Both the position numbers and the translations under genes were made by a program. From Chloroflexota bacterium (GTDB lineage Bacteria > Chloroflexota > UBA11872 > UBA12225 > JAJDUF01), in NCBI GenBank assembly GCA_022826725.1, contig JAJDUF010000011.1:101000-164999 (forward strand): DNA of 64,000 nt. The letters run 5' to 3'. Positions 9,771 to 20,800 of the stretch are shown here, in pieces (the first letter of the stretch is position 1; the number at the start of each line of letters is the position of its first letter). A model generated the notes under the pieces. It ran no database searches and was not told the origin of the DNA. It saw only the letters and a list, made by a program, of their open reading frames with translations.

Positions 9771-10819
9771 CCCAGCACTACATAGACTTGGCGGCGCTCA
9801 AGCACCGGCACCCGTTGGCCGAGGTGGTGACGGCCGCCGGCGTGCAACTGCGAGGCCGGGGCCGCGTCCGCCAGGGTCTGTGCCCCTTCCACGACGAGAC
9901 CGCCGGCAGCTTCACGGTGTACGGCGACACCGCCCGCTTCCATTGCTTCGGCTGTGGTGCCAGCGGTGACGTGCTGGACTTCGTGCAGCGCGTGGAAGGG
10001 CTGACCCTGCCCCAGGCCATCCGGCGGCTGGACGGGGAGACCGGGAGAGGTCGCCAGGCTGGCGTCCGGTCAGCAACGGCCGTGACCCCACGTGGGTCCC
10101 GCACGACCCCGCTACCCCCGCGAGACCCGGCCCTGCTGACGGCCGCGGCACGGTACTACCACCGGGCGCTGTGGCGGTACCCCCAGGGTCGGGCGTACCT
10201 GGTCACGCGCGGTATCAGCGCGGCCACGGCCAAGCGGCTGGGGCTGGGCTATGCCCCAGGACGCGGGCTGCGTCGGGACCTGGCGGCTGCCGGCTTCGCC
10301 GCGGCGCGGCAGCGGGCTTCGGGACTGTTCGTCGGGCGGGGCGCCGAGCGGTTCGCCGGCATGGTGGTGGTGCCGGCAGTGCGCGACCGCCAAGTGCAGT
10401 GGCTGGCGGGGCGGGCCATCATGCCGGAACGGACCCCGCGGTTCCAGACGCTGCCCGGCCCCAAGCCGCTGCTAGGGCTAGGCCTCCTGGGTGCGGCGCC
10501 GCGGCAGGTGGTGCTGACCGAGGGGCTGTTCGACTGGCTCACGCTGGTCGAGTGGGGTCTGCCGGCGGCGGCCGTGCTGGGCACCCAGGGCCTGGAACGG
10601 GTGGCCGCCGCCCTACAGTCCTGTCCCCGCGTGGTGCTGGCCTTCGACGCCGACGACGCCGGCCGGACCGCGGCGACGCAACTGACCGAATTGCTGGGAC
10701 GGCGGGCCACCAGCGTCACCCTCCCGCCAGGGATTACGGACGTGGCCGACCTGGCCACCCGGCCGGCCGGTCGCGCGGAGTTCCGCCGCCTGTTGGCCCC
10801 AGCGCCGCCATCGCGGTAG
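9761..10819 (+). CDS. DNA primase (CHC2 zinc finger + Toprim)
   Basis: CPFHDE...FHCFGCG zinc finger; LTEGLFD and FDADDAG Toprim motifs; GGAGG RBS before ATG 9761. Confidence 0.9.
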   Translation: MVVAQHYIDLAALKHRHPLAEVVTAAGVQLRGRGRVRQGLCPFHDETAGSFTVYGDTARFHCFGCGASGDVLDFVQRVEGLTLPQAIRRLDGETGRGRQAGVRSATAVTPRGSRTTPLPPRDPALLTAAARYYHRALWRYPQGRAYLVTRGISAATAKRLGLGYAPGRGLRRDLAAAGFAAARQRASGLFVGRGAERFAGMVVVPAVRDRQVQWLAGRAIMPERTPRFQTLPGPKPLLGLGLLGAAPRQVVLTEGLFDWLTLVEWGLPAAAVLGTQGLERVAAALQSCPRVVLAFDADDAGRTAATQLTELLGRRATSVTLPPGITDVADLATRPAGRAEFRRLLAPAPPSR

Positions 10820-11175
10820 CCGGCGATCCCCCGCCGGCCCCCAGCAGCGCCGCAGTGCGCGGCACCACATCACCGGGACCCTCCCCGGAGCCGACTTGGT
10901 CGCCACCCCGGCGAGCCACGAACGCGCCCCCTCGTTGCCCCGCACCGCCGCCAACGGCGGACGCTCCCGCGTCCCACCGCCGCGCGCGCCGGCTCCCCCC
11001 AGTTCCTGCCCCTTCGGCCCACCGGGCCGCTCCCCCAGGGGTCAGCGCCGCGGCCGCTGGCCGCGCGCGATCCCCGCTCCGGCAGGGGTGGCCCGGCCCT
11101 GGGCCGCCCCGCGCGCACGCCAGCACACAGATGCCCACCCAGGACCGACAACGCAGTAAGGAAAGGAGAGCCCCG

Positions 11176-11934
11176 ATGTCCAACGCCACGCACAGTAACG
11201 CAACCCGGAACGGTGTCCCCGCCGCGCCCGCTGACCTGGTACCCCTGGCGCCTACCGCCGGAACGCCAGCCGATCACCAAGCGGCCGGTCTCGCTGCCGC
11301 CGTCATGCAGCAACTGGATGCACCGCTAGACCCCAGCCTCGTCGCCCAGCGGAAGGGCCGCGCCGGGCACACCTTCCCCTATCTCCCCGGCCGGGTCGCC
11401 ATCGCGCAGGCCAACCGCCTGCTCGGCTACGGCGGCTGGGGCTACGACCTCGTGGGTGAGGTCACCTCGCGGGACATCACCACCCGCGATGCCCAGACCG
11501 GCACGGTCGAGCACGCCACCGCCTACACCGCCACCGTCCGGCTGCACGTGCCGGGCGTACCGCCGCGCACCGACGTGGGCTTCCGGGTGGTGGCGGAGGA
11601 GAGCGCCCAGGGGCACGAGACGGCCTACAAGGGGGCCGTCACCGACGCGCTCAAACGGGCCCTCCGCACCCTCGGCGCGCAGTTCGGCAACGACCTCGGC
11701 AGCGACGGTGGCACCGCCGCCACCGACACTTGGGCCGCATCGTTGCGCCAGACGCTGCTGGCCCTGGGCGCCCAGCAGGGCTTCGACGCAGCGCAGCTCC
11801 GCACGGCGGTGCGGCGGCGGCTGGGGCAGGACCTGGACGCCGTGCCCGCCGCCAAGTTGCTGCCCTTGGTCACCGCTGCCGCCCAGAAAGTGCCGCCGGC
11901 CAGCCCGGCTGAAAGGAGTGCGCCAGCGAGTTGA
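11176..11934 (+). CDS. Rad52/Rad22-family single-strand annealing protein (Sak-like)
   Basis: QRKGRAG..FPYL...ANRLLGYGGWGY; AYKGAVTDALKRALRTLG..FGNDL; AAGGAG RBS. Confidence 0.88.
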   Translation: MSNATHSNATRNGVPAAPADLVPLAPTAGTPADHQAAGLAAAVMQQLDAPLDPSLVAQRKGRAGHTFPYLPGRVAIAQANRLLGYGGWGYDLVGEVTSRDITTRDAQTGTVEHATAYTATVRLHVPGVPPRTDVGFRVVAEESAQGHETAYKGAVTDALKRALRTLGAQFGNDLGSDGGTAATDTWAASLRQTLLALGAQQGFDAAQLRTAVRRRLGQDLDAVPAAKLLPLVTAAAQKVPPASPAERSAPAS

Positions 11935-11969
11935 ACAGCGCCCAGCGAATCGTCTTCAGGGTCCAGCCG

Positions 11970-12008
11970 GCGGGGTCGCTTCCCTAGGGGGCGGCCCCGC
12001 TTTCGTTT
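11970..12008 (+). terminator. Putative intrinsic terminator/hairpin
   Basis: GCGGGGTCGC...GCGGCCCCGC stem followed by TTTCGTTT. Confidence 0.5.
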
Positions 12009-12037
12009 CCCACCACACCGTCGGAAAGGAGCGTGCG

Positions 12038-12559
12038 ATGACCGCCACTACCTACGAACCACCCACCGCGTCCCTGCTGACCGCGCTGCGCCAAAACCTG
12101 CAGGTGCTGGGCGAGTTGGCCCTCCGCTACGAGGTCGACACCCAGCCCTCCAGTGCCGCCGCCGACTGTCCCGCGATCACCGGCCCCGCCGACGTGCAGC
12201 AGCTGGTGGGGCCGGAGCTGGCCCCGCTGGTGCAGGAGCAACTGCGGGTGCTGCTGCTCAACACCAAGCACCGCGTCATCGGCCAGCGGGTGATCTACCA
12301 GGGCACCGTCGACGCGGCGGGCATCCGCGCCGCCGAGGTCTTCCGCCCGGCCATCATCGCGGCCGCCCCGGCCCTCATCGTCGTCCACAACCATCCGAGC
12401 GGCGATCCCACGCCGAGCCCCGCGGACGTGGCCGTCACCAAGGAGCTGGCCGCCGCCGCAAAGCTCCTGGATATCGAGCTGCTCGACCACGTCGTCATTG
12501 GTAGCGACCGGGCCGTGAGCTTGCGCGAGCAGGGCCGGCTGCCCAGCGCCGGCCCGTGA
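12038..12559 (+). CDS. radC: RadC-like JAB/MPN domain protein
   Basis: QEQLRVLLLN...HNHPSGDPTPSPAD...LLDHVVIG. Confidence 0.9.
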   Translation: MTATTYEPPTASLLTALRQNLQVLGELALRYEVDTQPSSAAADCPAITGPADVQQLVGPELAPLVQEQLRVLLLNTKHRVIGQRVIYQGTVDAAGIRAAEVFRPAIIAAAPALIVVHNHPSGDPTPSPADVAVTKELAAAAKLLDIELLDHVVIGSDRAVSLREQGRLPSAGP

Positions 12560-12586
12560 GGTACCCCAGCCAACAAGGAAAGGAGT

Positions 12587-13291
12587 ATGGACATGACCAG
12601 TAGCACGCCCCCCACCGCGCCGACCACCACCCCCGACCCCGCCACGCGGTACACGATCACCGCCGGCGGCTTCACCGCCACCGCCGATGCCTTCGCCCGC
12701 GACCCGGCTACCGAGAGCCTCTGGTTCCTCTCCCTGGTCGGTGCCCAGACCGCCCTCAAGGCCATCTGGGCCGCTCTGCTCAAGCAGCCCCCGGCCGCCG
12801 CGTACCTCCTCCCCGGCGCCGAGGGCACGGCGCTCGCCGGCGGCTTCCAGCATTGTGTCATTCCCGCCCACACCGTCGGCACCTGGACCACCAAGCTCAC
12901 CCGCCTGCCGGTCTGCGGTGGTTGGCACGCCCTCGTCTACACCACGCTCGCCGAGTACGCCACGGAGCGCGAGCAGTTCCTGCTGCTGGCCCCGGACGCA
13001 ACGCAGGCCCCTGCGCTGCATCACCGCTTCCTGGACCGGCGCAGTCCGCTGCCCTTGCACCACTCCTGGGCGCCCTGGCTCTGGCAACGGGGTCTGGCCC
13101 AGGACGAGATCACCCCGCTGCAAACCACCGGCCTCGTCGCCTATGACTGCCGGCCCGATGCCGCGGCCCTGAAAGCCGACCTCGCCGCAGCCGTCGCCGC
13201 CGGCACGCTCACCCTGGATGAGGCGGCAGCGGCACCCGCACCGAGTAATCCGACCACCAACGAGGAGAAAGGAGATTCACCATGCGTCTAG
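12587..13291 (+). CDS. Hypothetical backbone protein of the element
   Basis: AAGGAG RBS, strong codon bias, overlaps the methyltransferase start. Confidence 0.7.
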   Translation: MDMTSSTPPTAPTTTPDPATRYTITAGGFTATADAFARDPATESLWFLSLVGAQTALKAIWAALLKQPPAAAYLLPGAEGTALAGGFQHCVIPAHTVGTWTTKLTRLPVCGGWHALVYTTLAEYATEREQFLLLAPDATQAPALHHRFLDRRSPLPLHHSWAPWLWQRGLAQDEITPLQTTGLVAYDCRPDAAALKADLAAAVAAGTLTLDEAAAAPAPSNPTTNEEKGDSPCV

Positions 13292-14999
13292 CAGCCCAGG
13301 CCAAAGGCGGCTTCTATCCCACCCCACCGCGCGTGCTCGATCTGCTCGCCACCCTGCTGCGCCCCCCGCCCCGCCTGCCCGCTGGCGCGCCCGGCACCGT
13401 CCGCCTACTCGACCCCTGCTGCGGCGCCGGGGCCGCCCTGGCCCAACTCGCTATCCGCCTGGACCCGTACAGCGCACTGCCCCTCAAGACCTACGGCGTG
13501 GAGTTGCACCAGGAGCGCTCCGCGCAGGCCACCGCCTGCCTGGACCACACCCTGGCCACCGACCTCTTCGCCGCCGCCATCGCCAACCGCGCCTTCGGCC
13601 TGCTGCTCCTCAATCCCCCCTATGACCGTGCGCCGCGTCACGCAGCATAGGATCCCCGGCCTAGCCGGGAGGAACTCGGAGCCTGTTCCTGGGCCAACCG
13701 ACCCACCTCAAAGCGAAAGCGGCGGGGGACCATAGCCTGTCGGTAAAGCGGCTACAGCCTGAAAGCGATGTAAGGCTGGTTCCGCAAGGCCCGCGCGATA
13801 CGGTGAAAGCTTGACTGCCTGAACCCCAGTCCCCAGCTGGTGATCGGGAGCACCCGCCGGTAGCACGCTTGTATCCCGGCGCCACGTCGTGCCCTGGCCG
13901 GTGGTCGTGACCAGGGTAACTCCGCGACGTGGACGATGACCGATGCGGTCTATTCAAGGGGGCGAACGGGGCACCTACAGTCGCGCTCGAAACGTCCTAT
14001 GCTGACGGAACGCGGGATTGCCTACGGGGGGCGACCCCTAGGGCAACGGAGTCCTCGTAGTAGTCGGCGCCGGGGAAAGCCCGGTACATGGCGAAGGAGG
14101 ACAGGTGATCGACTCGCGCGCTGTGCGGTGTCCGAGCGGGCACAGGCCAAAGCAGCGCCGCGGTCAGCCCAGCAGCCCGTACCGGCTGGCTGGGTATGGA
14201 TCACTGGAGAGCCGGGTGCGGTGAAAGCCGCACGCCCGGTTCGGGAAGGGGGGGACGGAAAAGTGGTTTGGCGTCAGCCAAACCAACTCGCCGGCCTTCT
14301 ACTTCACACGACGGGGAAGAACGGCGCAGCGAGCACCGCTTCCTACGCCACTGCACCCGCTACCTGGCCGAGCACGGTGTCCTGGTCTTTATCGTCCCCC
14401 GTCAGCGCCTACCGGTCTCCGCCCGCTTCCTCGCCGCCCACTACCGGCGTCTGGCCTGCTGGGCCTTCCCCGACCCGGAGCGCGCCGCCTTCGACCAGGT
14501 CGTGCTCATCGGCTGCCGGCGCGCCCGGCCCCAGCCCGACCCGGCCGCCGAGCAGCAGCTCCACCGCTGGGCGACGGAAGAGCTGCGGGCGCTCACCCCA
14601 GCCCCCGCACCGCTCTACACCGTCCCAGCCACCCCGGCTGGCGACCTGCTGTTCCGCACCCGCACCGTCGATCCCCTGGCCGCGGCGGCCGAAGCCCGGC
14701 GCACGGGGCTGTGGACCCACGCCACCATCACCGACGCGCTCTGGCCGCCACAGGCGCCCCGGCCCCGGCCGCTGCTGCCGCTGCGCCGCGGGCATCTGGC
14801 CATGCTGGTGGCCGCCGGCTTCCTGGACAACCTCTGCCTGGAGGCCAACGGGCAGCGCCTGCTGGTGAAGGGGCGCACGGCCAAGGAGTTGGTGCTGGTC
14901 ACCCGCACCCGCGAACAGGAAGTGCGGCGCGAGCGGCTGCACACCACCGTCGTGGCCCTCGACCTCGCCACCGGCACCATCACCGACATCGCCGCCTAA
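13282..14999 (+). CDS. Class I SAM-dependent DNA amino-methyltransferase (DUF6094-like), interrupted by a group II intron; exons 13282-13627 and 14308-14999, 345 aa spliced
   Basis: FYPTP, LDPCCGAG (motif I), YGVEL, LLNPPY (motif IV); removing 13628-14307 restores the frame NPPYD-H-DGEERRSEHRFL. Confidence 0.88.
13628..14307 (+). mobile_element. ORF-less group II intron (IIB-like), 680 nt
   Basis: 5' GTGCG; domain V GAGCCGGGTGCGGTGAAAGCCGCACGCCCGGTTC (14209-14242); domain VI ends CTACTTCAC; domain IV only ~105 nt; EBS1 GGTCGT (13903-13908) pairs with exon ATGACC. Confidence 0.93.
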
Positions 15000-15182
15000 C
15001 CTGAGCACCTCCTGTCGGCCCGGTCGCACCACACCCACGCGGCCTCGCCAGTCCCCCCAAGGGACCGGCGGGGCCGCGTCTGTTTTCCGGCCCCGGCGCT
15101 CCCGGCCACCGGTTTCCCGGCCCACCGCGTATTGCCCCCCCCTACCGACTCACCGCCACCCCACGAATGAAAGGAGAGCCGC

Positions 15183-17495
15183 ATGAACCTGAGCACGTTC
15201 CTCGACACCTACAAGGAGGCCATCGCCCAGCGCGTCGTCGCGTCCTACCCACCCCGGTACCACCCCGCCGCGGACGACCGGCCGCTGCCGCCGTTGCTGC
15301 GGAGCCCGCTGGGCGCCCAGGAGACCGCCATTCGCGGCACCGCCCACTCGCTCGCCAGCCAGCGGGGCACCACCGTCGTCGGCGAAATGGGTACCGGCAA
15401 GACCTTCATCGCCACCGCCGCCGCGCACTTGGCCGGCTTTCAACGCATCCTCGTGCTCGTCCCACCCCACCTCACCAGGAAGTGGCAGCGGGAAGTCGAG
15501 GCGACCATCCCGGACGCCCGCGCCGCCATCGTCACCTCCATCACCGCCCTGGAACGCCTGCGCCAGGCCGGCGGCCCCGGCCCGCTCTTCGCCATCCTCT
15601 CCCGCGAGCGTGCCAAGCTCTCCTACCGCTGGCAACCCGCCGTCGTGCAACGCTGGGCCACCGGCGACGGGCGGTTGCTCCGGGACGAGGACACCGGCGA
15701 GCCGTTCCGCGTCCCGACGTGCCCCGTCTGTGCGGCCCAGGTGGTCACCCCGGACGGCGTGCCGCTGACGGACGCGGAGCTGGCGCGGCGCAAGCGCACC
15801 TGTGCCGACTGTGGCGCCGCCCTCTGGCAGGCCGACCGCGCCGGCCCCCGCCGCTATCCGCTGGCCGACTACGTCAAGCAGCGCCTGAACGGCTGGTTCG
15901 ACCTGCTGATCGCCGACGAAGTCCACGAGTACAAGGGCCGCGGCAGTGCCCAGGGGATTGCCGCCGGTATTCTGGCCGACGTCTGCGGTACCTCCCTGGC
16001 GCTCACCGGCACGCTGGCCGGCGGCTACGCCAGCACCCTCTTCCACCTGCTCTACCGCTTCAGCCCGGCCCTACGCGCGGAGTTCGAACACCACGAAGAG
16101 GCGCGTTGGATCGCCCGCTACGGCTTTGTCGAGCACAGCGTGCGCCGGCCGGCCGACGAGGCCCTGGAGGACGGCCGCCACAGCCGGCGGCGGCGCTATC
16201 GCACCGTGATCCGCGAACGCCCCGGCCTGGCGCCGGCCGCGCTGTTCCACCTGATCGGCCACACCGTCTTCCTGCGCTTGGCGGACGTGGCCAGCGGGTT
16301 GCCGTCCTACACCGAGCAGGTGCGTCTGGTGGGCCTGGCCGAGACACCGGACGAGACGGGGTACTCGCAGCAGAGCGCCTACCAGGCCGTGTTTACCACC
16401 CTGCGCAAGGCGTTGGCGGATGCGCTGGCGCACGGCTCCAAGCGGCTACTGGGCGCCTACCTGCAAACCCTGCTGGCCTACCCCGACGGCTGCACCCGCG
16501 GCGAGACGGTCTTCGATCCGCAGAGCGCCCAGCCGCTGGTACAGGTCCCGCCCCTGGCGGAAGACCGCGTGTATCCCAAGGAGCAGGCGCTGCTGGACCT
16601 GGTGACGGCGGAACGGGAAGCCGGACGCCGGGTGCTGGTCTACGTCACCCACACCGGCACGCGGGACATCACGGGCCGCCTCGCGACCTTGCTCGCCCAG
16701 CACGGCAGCCGGGTAGCGGTGCTGAAGGCCGATGCCGTCAAGCCCGACCGCCGCGAGGCGTGGGTGGCCGAGCGCGTCCAGGCAGGCCTGGACGTACTGG
16801 TGTGTCATCCCCGGCTGGTGCAGACCGGCTTGGACCTGATCGACTTTGCGACCGTATGCTGGTACGAGACGGACTACTCGGTCTACACCTTGCGACAGGC
16901 CTCCCGCCGGTCGTGGCGGATCGGCCAGACGCGGCCGGTGCAGGTGGTCTACCTGGCCTACCGGCAGACGCTCCAGGCCGACGCGCTGACGCTGGTGGCG
17001 AAGAAGCTCCAGTCGTCCCTGGCGGTGGAGGGGGAACTGCCGGAGGACGGGTTGGCGGCCTATGGCGACGACGGCGACGACCTGCTGCTGGCGCTGGCCC
17101 GCCAGATCGTCAGCGGGGAGGCGCCGGCCGAGCCGGTGGAAACGGTGTTCGCCCAGGCGCAGGCCGCCGCGGCCGACGCCGAGCAGTTGCTGGTGGACGA
17201 GGGGTGGCAGCCGGTGGTCGATCCTGAGCCGGCGGTCGTCGTCGCTCCGGCCAACGGGGTGAACGGGACGGGCCAACACCCCGATGGCCAGGGAGCCGCC
17301 CCGGTCAACGGCCAGGGGCTGGACGCCGCCGCCCCGGCGCCGCAGCAAGAGGAACTGTTCTCGTGGGCGGAGTTCCTGGCGCAGGTCCCGGCCCGGCCCC
17401 AGCGCCGGCGCAAACAGCCGGCCGCGTCCTTGCCGCTCTTCGAGTGGCTACAGGCCCAGGAGCGGGAGGCAGCGTTGGTCGGCCACTCCGCCTAG
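15183..17495 (+). CDS. SF2 (SNF2-like) helicase with zinc-ribbon insertion
   Basis: GEMGTGKT, CPVC/CADC, IADEVH, LTGT, TGLDL, QASRRSWRIGQ. Confidence 0.88.
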   Translation: MNLSTFLDTYKEAIAQRVVASYPPRYHPAADDRPLPPLLRSPLGAQETAIRGTAHSLASQRGTTVVGEMGTGKTFIATAAAHLAGFQRILVLVPPHLTRKWQREVEATIPDARAAIVTSITALERLRQAGGPGPLFAILSRERAKLSYRWQPAVVQRWATGDGRLLRDEDTGEPFRVPTCPVCAAQVVTPDGVPLTDAELARRKRTCADCGAALWQADRAGPRRYPLADYVKQRLNGWFDLLIADEVHEYKGRGSAQGIAAGILADVCGTSLALTGTLAGGYASTLFHLLYRFSPALRAEFEHHEEARWIARYGFVEHSVRRPADEALEDGRHSRRRRYRTVIRERPGLAPAALFHLIGHTVFLRLADVASGLPSYTEQVRLVGLAETPDETGYSQQSAYQAVFTTLRKALADALAHGSKRLLGAYLQTLLAYPDGCTRGETVFDPQSAQPLVQVPPLAEDRVYPKEQALLDLVTAEREAGRRVLVYVTHTGTRDITGRLATLLAQHGSRVAVLKADAVKPDRREAWVAERVQAGLDVLVCHPRLVQTGLDLIDFATVCWYETDYSVYTLRQASRRSWRIGQTRPVQVVYLAYRQTLQADALTLVAKKLQSSLAVEGELPEDGLAAYGDDGDDLLLALARQIVSGEAPAEPVETVFAQAQAAAADAEQLLVDEGWQPVVDPEPAVVVAPANGVNGTGQHPDGQGAAPVNGQGLDAAAPAPQQEELFSWAEFLAQVPARPQRRRKQPAASLPLFEWLQAQEREAALVGHSA

Positions 17496-17530
17496 CTCAA
17501 GCTAGCGCGGGACACTGACCGCTGTAGCAC

Positions 17531-17565
17531 GGGGAGGCCATCGCATTGGTAGCGGTGGCCTCTCC
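17531..17565. terminator. Stem-loop after the helicase, between convergent operons
   Basis: GGGGAGGCCATCGC / GCGGTGGCCTCTCC inverted repeat. Confidence 0.5.
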
Positions 17566-17687
17566 GGCTTATCCATGTATGCGCGATTCTGCCTTCCACG
17601 TCGCACTACTTGGGGTAGCCCATCCCGAGCTGCCATATGTACGTACCTTTTCTTGTTACATCCTCTGGAGCTGACAGTGGACCACGC

Positions 17688-17714
17688 GTCTATCCCCGCG
17701 TTTGCGGGAGAACC
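17688..17714 (-). repeat. Solitary type I-E CRISPR-repeat-like unit
   Basis: Minus strand GGTTCTCCCGCAAACGCGGGGATAGAC; no second repeat nearby and no cas genes in the window. Confidence 0.5.
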
Positions 17715-17880
17715 CGATGGTCAAGTCCTTTCCTGGGCATGGTCAACACTAGCCACGCTTTAGGTAGGGCAACAGTAACCATATGCTGCTAATGTGCTCT
17801 CCCGTTCAGTGCGCGTCGTGATCTGGTTCAGTGACCCTCGGCTTGGCTGAATAGACGATGATGCAATCGGCTATTTCACG

Positions 17881-20800
17881 CTACTCGTTCTGCGACAACA
17901 CGCTCGCCGGATGCCTTATAACTTCGAACGGACTTACCGCGTCAATCTTGCAGCCCCTAAACCGCTGCGCCGCTTCCATCGCGACTGTCCGGTAGATGGG
18001 ATGGTCATCGGTCCAGAGGGGATGGCGCACGATGCTCACCCGGTTGAATCCCTTGTGCTTGTAGACCTGAAGGCAGTCAATTTCCGCCGCCTCTCCGTAT
18101 CCAAGATTTTCCAACAACACGGGAACAGGCGCATTACTGCCTCTGCAAAGTGACTGCCACGGATTGTCTTGCAGTCCCCAGGAAGAAGTAAGGTCTAGGA
18201 CAGCGTTGGGGGCTAGTGCTAACCGGGCCATCTCGGCAGACAGGCGCCAGTCCAACAGACCGTGATAGGACAGGTTGTAGAAGTCGCGCAAACACCGGTT
18301 GCACGAGGTGTCACACTCTTCACCGTGTGGTCCGCCGGCCCATATTTTGACAAGGCTCCCAGTTTTTCCGACATCACCCTCGCGCAGCAGCCTTTCGAAG
18401 TTCTCGGGTTGCCCAAGCCACCAGCAGTAACCAGCGCCATTCTGGAGCGTGTCCGATAGGAACGCCTGGCCTACCACGCGCTCGCCCCGTTCGCGGAACG
18501 GGCGGAATCCGGCATTGAACTCCAGCGTATCCACGTCCATCAGTGCGGCGGCCGAACTACGCAGGAAGAACGCAAACGAGTACCACGCCGCACGCCCAAC
18601 TGCACTCAAGGGATCGGCGAACACCCCCACGGGCCAGCTCTGAAGGCCGGTCAGCAACACGTCAGTCTTCCTGCGGGACAATAGCGCTATCTTACGCACC
18701 TCTCCCGATACAGAAACGCGACTATTTCTCCCTGGTCCAGGATCGACTGCGTAGGCTTCACTCCACTCTTGACGACCAGAGATACTAGCCCTTTGGAACT
18801 CGAATCCTCCTTGACCACCGTTGTCATTCACTGAAAGAATGTCCCCGGAGAAAGCAGATACGCCGCAGTTGCCAAGATGTTGCTCATTGGCCTCTCCGCT
18901 ATCCCAGGCAAGTGTTGGAACTGTAGAACTTGGAGTCCATTCGAATACTCCGTGATAGTCCTCTGGCGTGAAGTCGGTAAAGAACCCCTTGGGTTCTCGC
19001 GCGTCAAGAGGAGGATCAACCTGTGGGAGGTTGCAAACCTGGCAGGAATAACCCTCGGTCCCGCTCACAACGAATTGCACACTCTGGCAGTCGGGGCACA
19101 TGTGAAGAGAGGTTGGATTGGCCCCCGGAAGAGGAGGCACGAATCCAGAATCGGTACACACTCGATTTCCCCGGGGATAGAACTCCGTCACGCCACATGC
19201 GTTGTGGAGCGTCTTGTCCTTCACCGTCTGAGAACCTGGAGCAAATTGGCTGATTGCTATAGACAGGTCGCGATCTATAGTCCCATGCTCGGGAGGCCAG
19301 GGGCTGGCACGGCGGGGAACGTCAGTGTAAAGCAGACGAGAGTCCGTAGGAAACCCAAACATGGGCAGCAGACCCGCGTGCGCCAATCGCTCACTGAGGG
19401 CCTCCTGATGATAGCTTGCACCGTTCGCGATGCTGGAAATCTCATCGATGAGGGGACCCTTGGCGTATGCAATCATCTTTCTACAGAACGTGTCACCGTC
19501 GCCATTGGCCCATATGGTGCCTAGGCGCAAGGCGTCAAGGACTGCCTGGATAGTGCCTTCGTTGCGCGGAGAGTTCAACCAATCTCTGATCTCCTCGACT
19601 CGATTCGCCCAATCTGCCACCGGACCGAACTCTCCGTGGACACTGTCCCGGAATCTATCACCACCTCCTGCACCAAGCTGGACGAAGGCTAGCCGCAGTA
19701 GCTCCTTCACGAAGACGCGCTTGAGAATCGTATCGCTGGTGACGTCCACATAGGGTGCAGGCGGCGGATCACCAGTAATCTGCTCTGGCCGCTGGTAGTA
19801 GTAGTCGTCGTGGCTGCGTCCACGGCAGAATGTCACCGCCAGAGAAACACCAGCGCCGCGGCGTCCAGCCCGCCCCACCCGCTGCTGGTAGTTGAAACGC
19901 CGCGGCGGCATATTGGCCATCATCACCGCTTCCAGATCTCCGATGTCAACACCCGCCTCCATCGTGGTAGTAACGCTCAACAGGTCCACTCCGTCAACTC
20001 GTTCCGAGTTCTGCTCCTCTCCTATAAATACTTCCTGGAACCAACGCTGGCGCCTGTGTCGGTCGCCGTCGTCGGTCTGTCCAGTCAACTCTTCACAGTG
20101 CAGACGGAATCCTGGGCCGGACTCCTCGGCTAGATAAACGTAGTAGTCGAAGCTCTCGCGGGTGGTACCGGGCTCAAGTTCTACATCGGTGCAGTCCGGG
20201 CAAACAGATATCCGGCCAGTGCGATGGAGGTAGAAGGCGCTGCATCTCGGGCAACGCCACCCCTTGCACTGACCCTGCGTGTTCTTTTGGGGACCCTTTA
20301 TGATGTAAAGGTCTGTGGGTGATATTCCGAGCGTGTTTCCATCTAGAGTCCCCACGTTCGAGTTCCGCAATGTGGCTATTAATTGCTCTTTCGAAATGCT
20401 AGCGGCATCCAGAAAGCTGCGGATATTACGTGGCAAGTCAACCCCCGCTTGTGGGATCGCATCTCCACCAAAGAAATGTGCCTGGCCAGGATAGCGTCTT
20501 CTCACCCCCATCTGTCGAATTATCGATTCGACGGCGTTTACTACACCGTCGTCTGTTTCTTCAGGAGGCTTGAAGGTTGCCCACCCAGCACCAAGACTCT
20601 CCAGTGTTCTTGTCGCGTGTTGAAAAAGCGTGAACATCAACTCACTGGTTAGTGAATCATCTATCATCCCCAGCAGTCGCCGCGCTTGGGGTGGCAGTTG
20701 CGACTTCTCTTTAGGAGTACTTTCTGTCCAAGTATAGCATTCATGCCAACTGTAAGTAATTCCGTCCACCAAGTACTCGGATAGCTTGTGGGAGTTTCCT

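Noticed and set aside
9332-11175. Long N-terminal extensions of the primase (from 9332) and Rad52-like ORF (from 10171)
   Set aside because: Low-complexity GC-rich read-through; strong RBSs mark starts at 9761 and 11176
13936-14868. 310-aa ORF as an intron-encoded reverse transcriptase
   Set aside because: No RT motifs (no YADD); it reads through ribozyme domains and the wrong frame of exon 2
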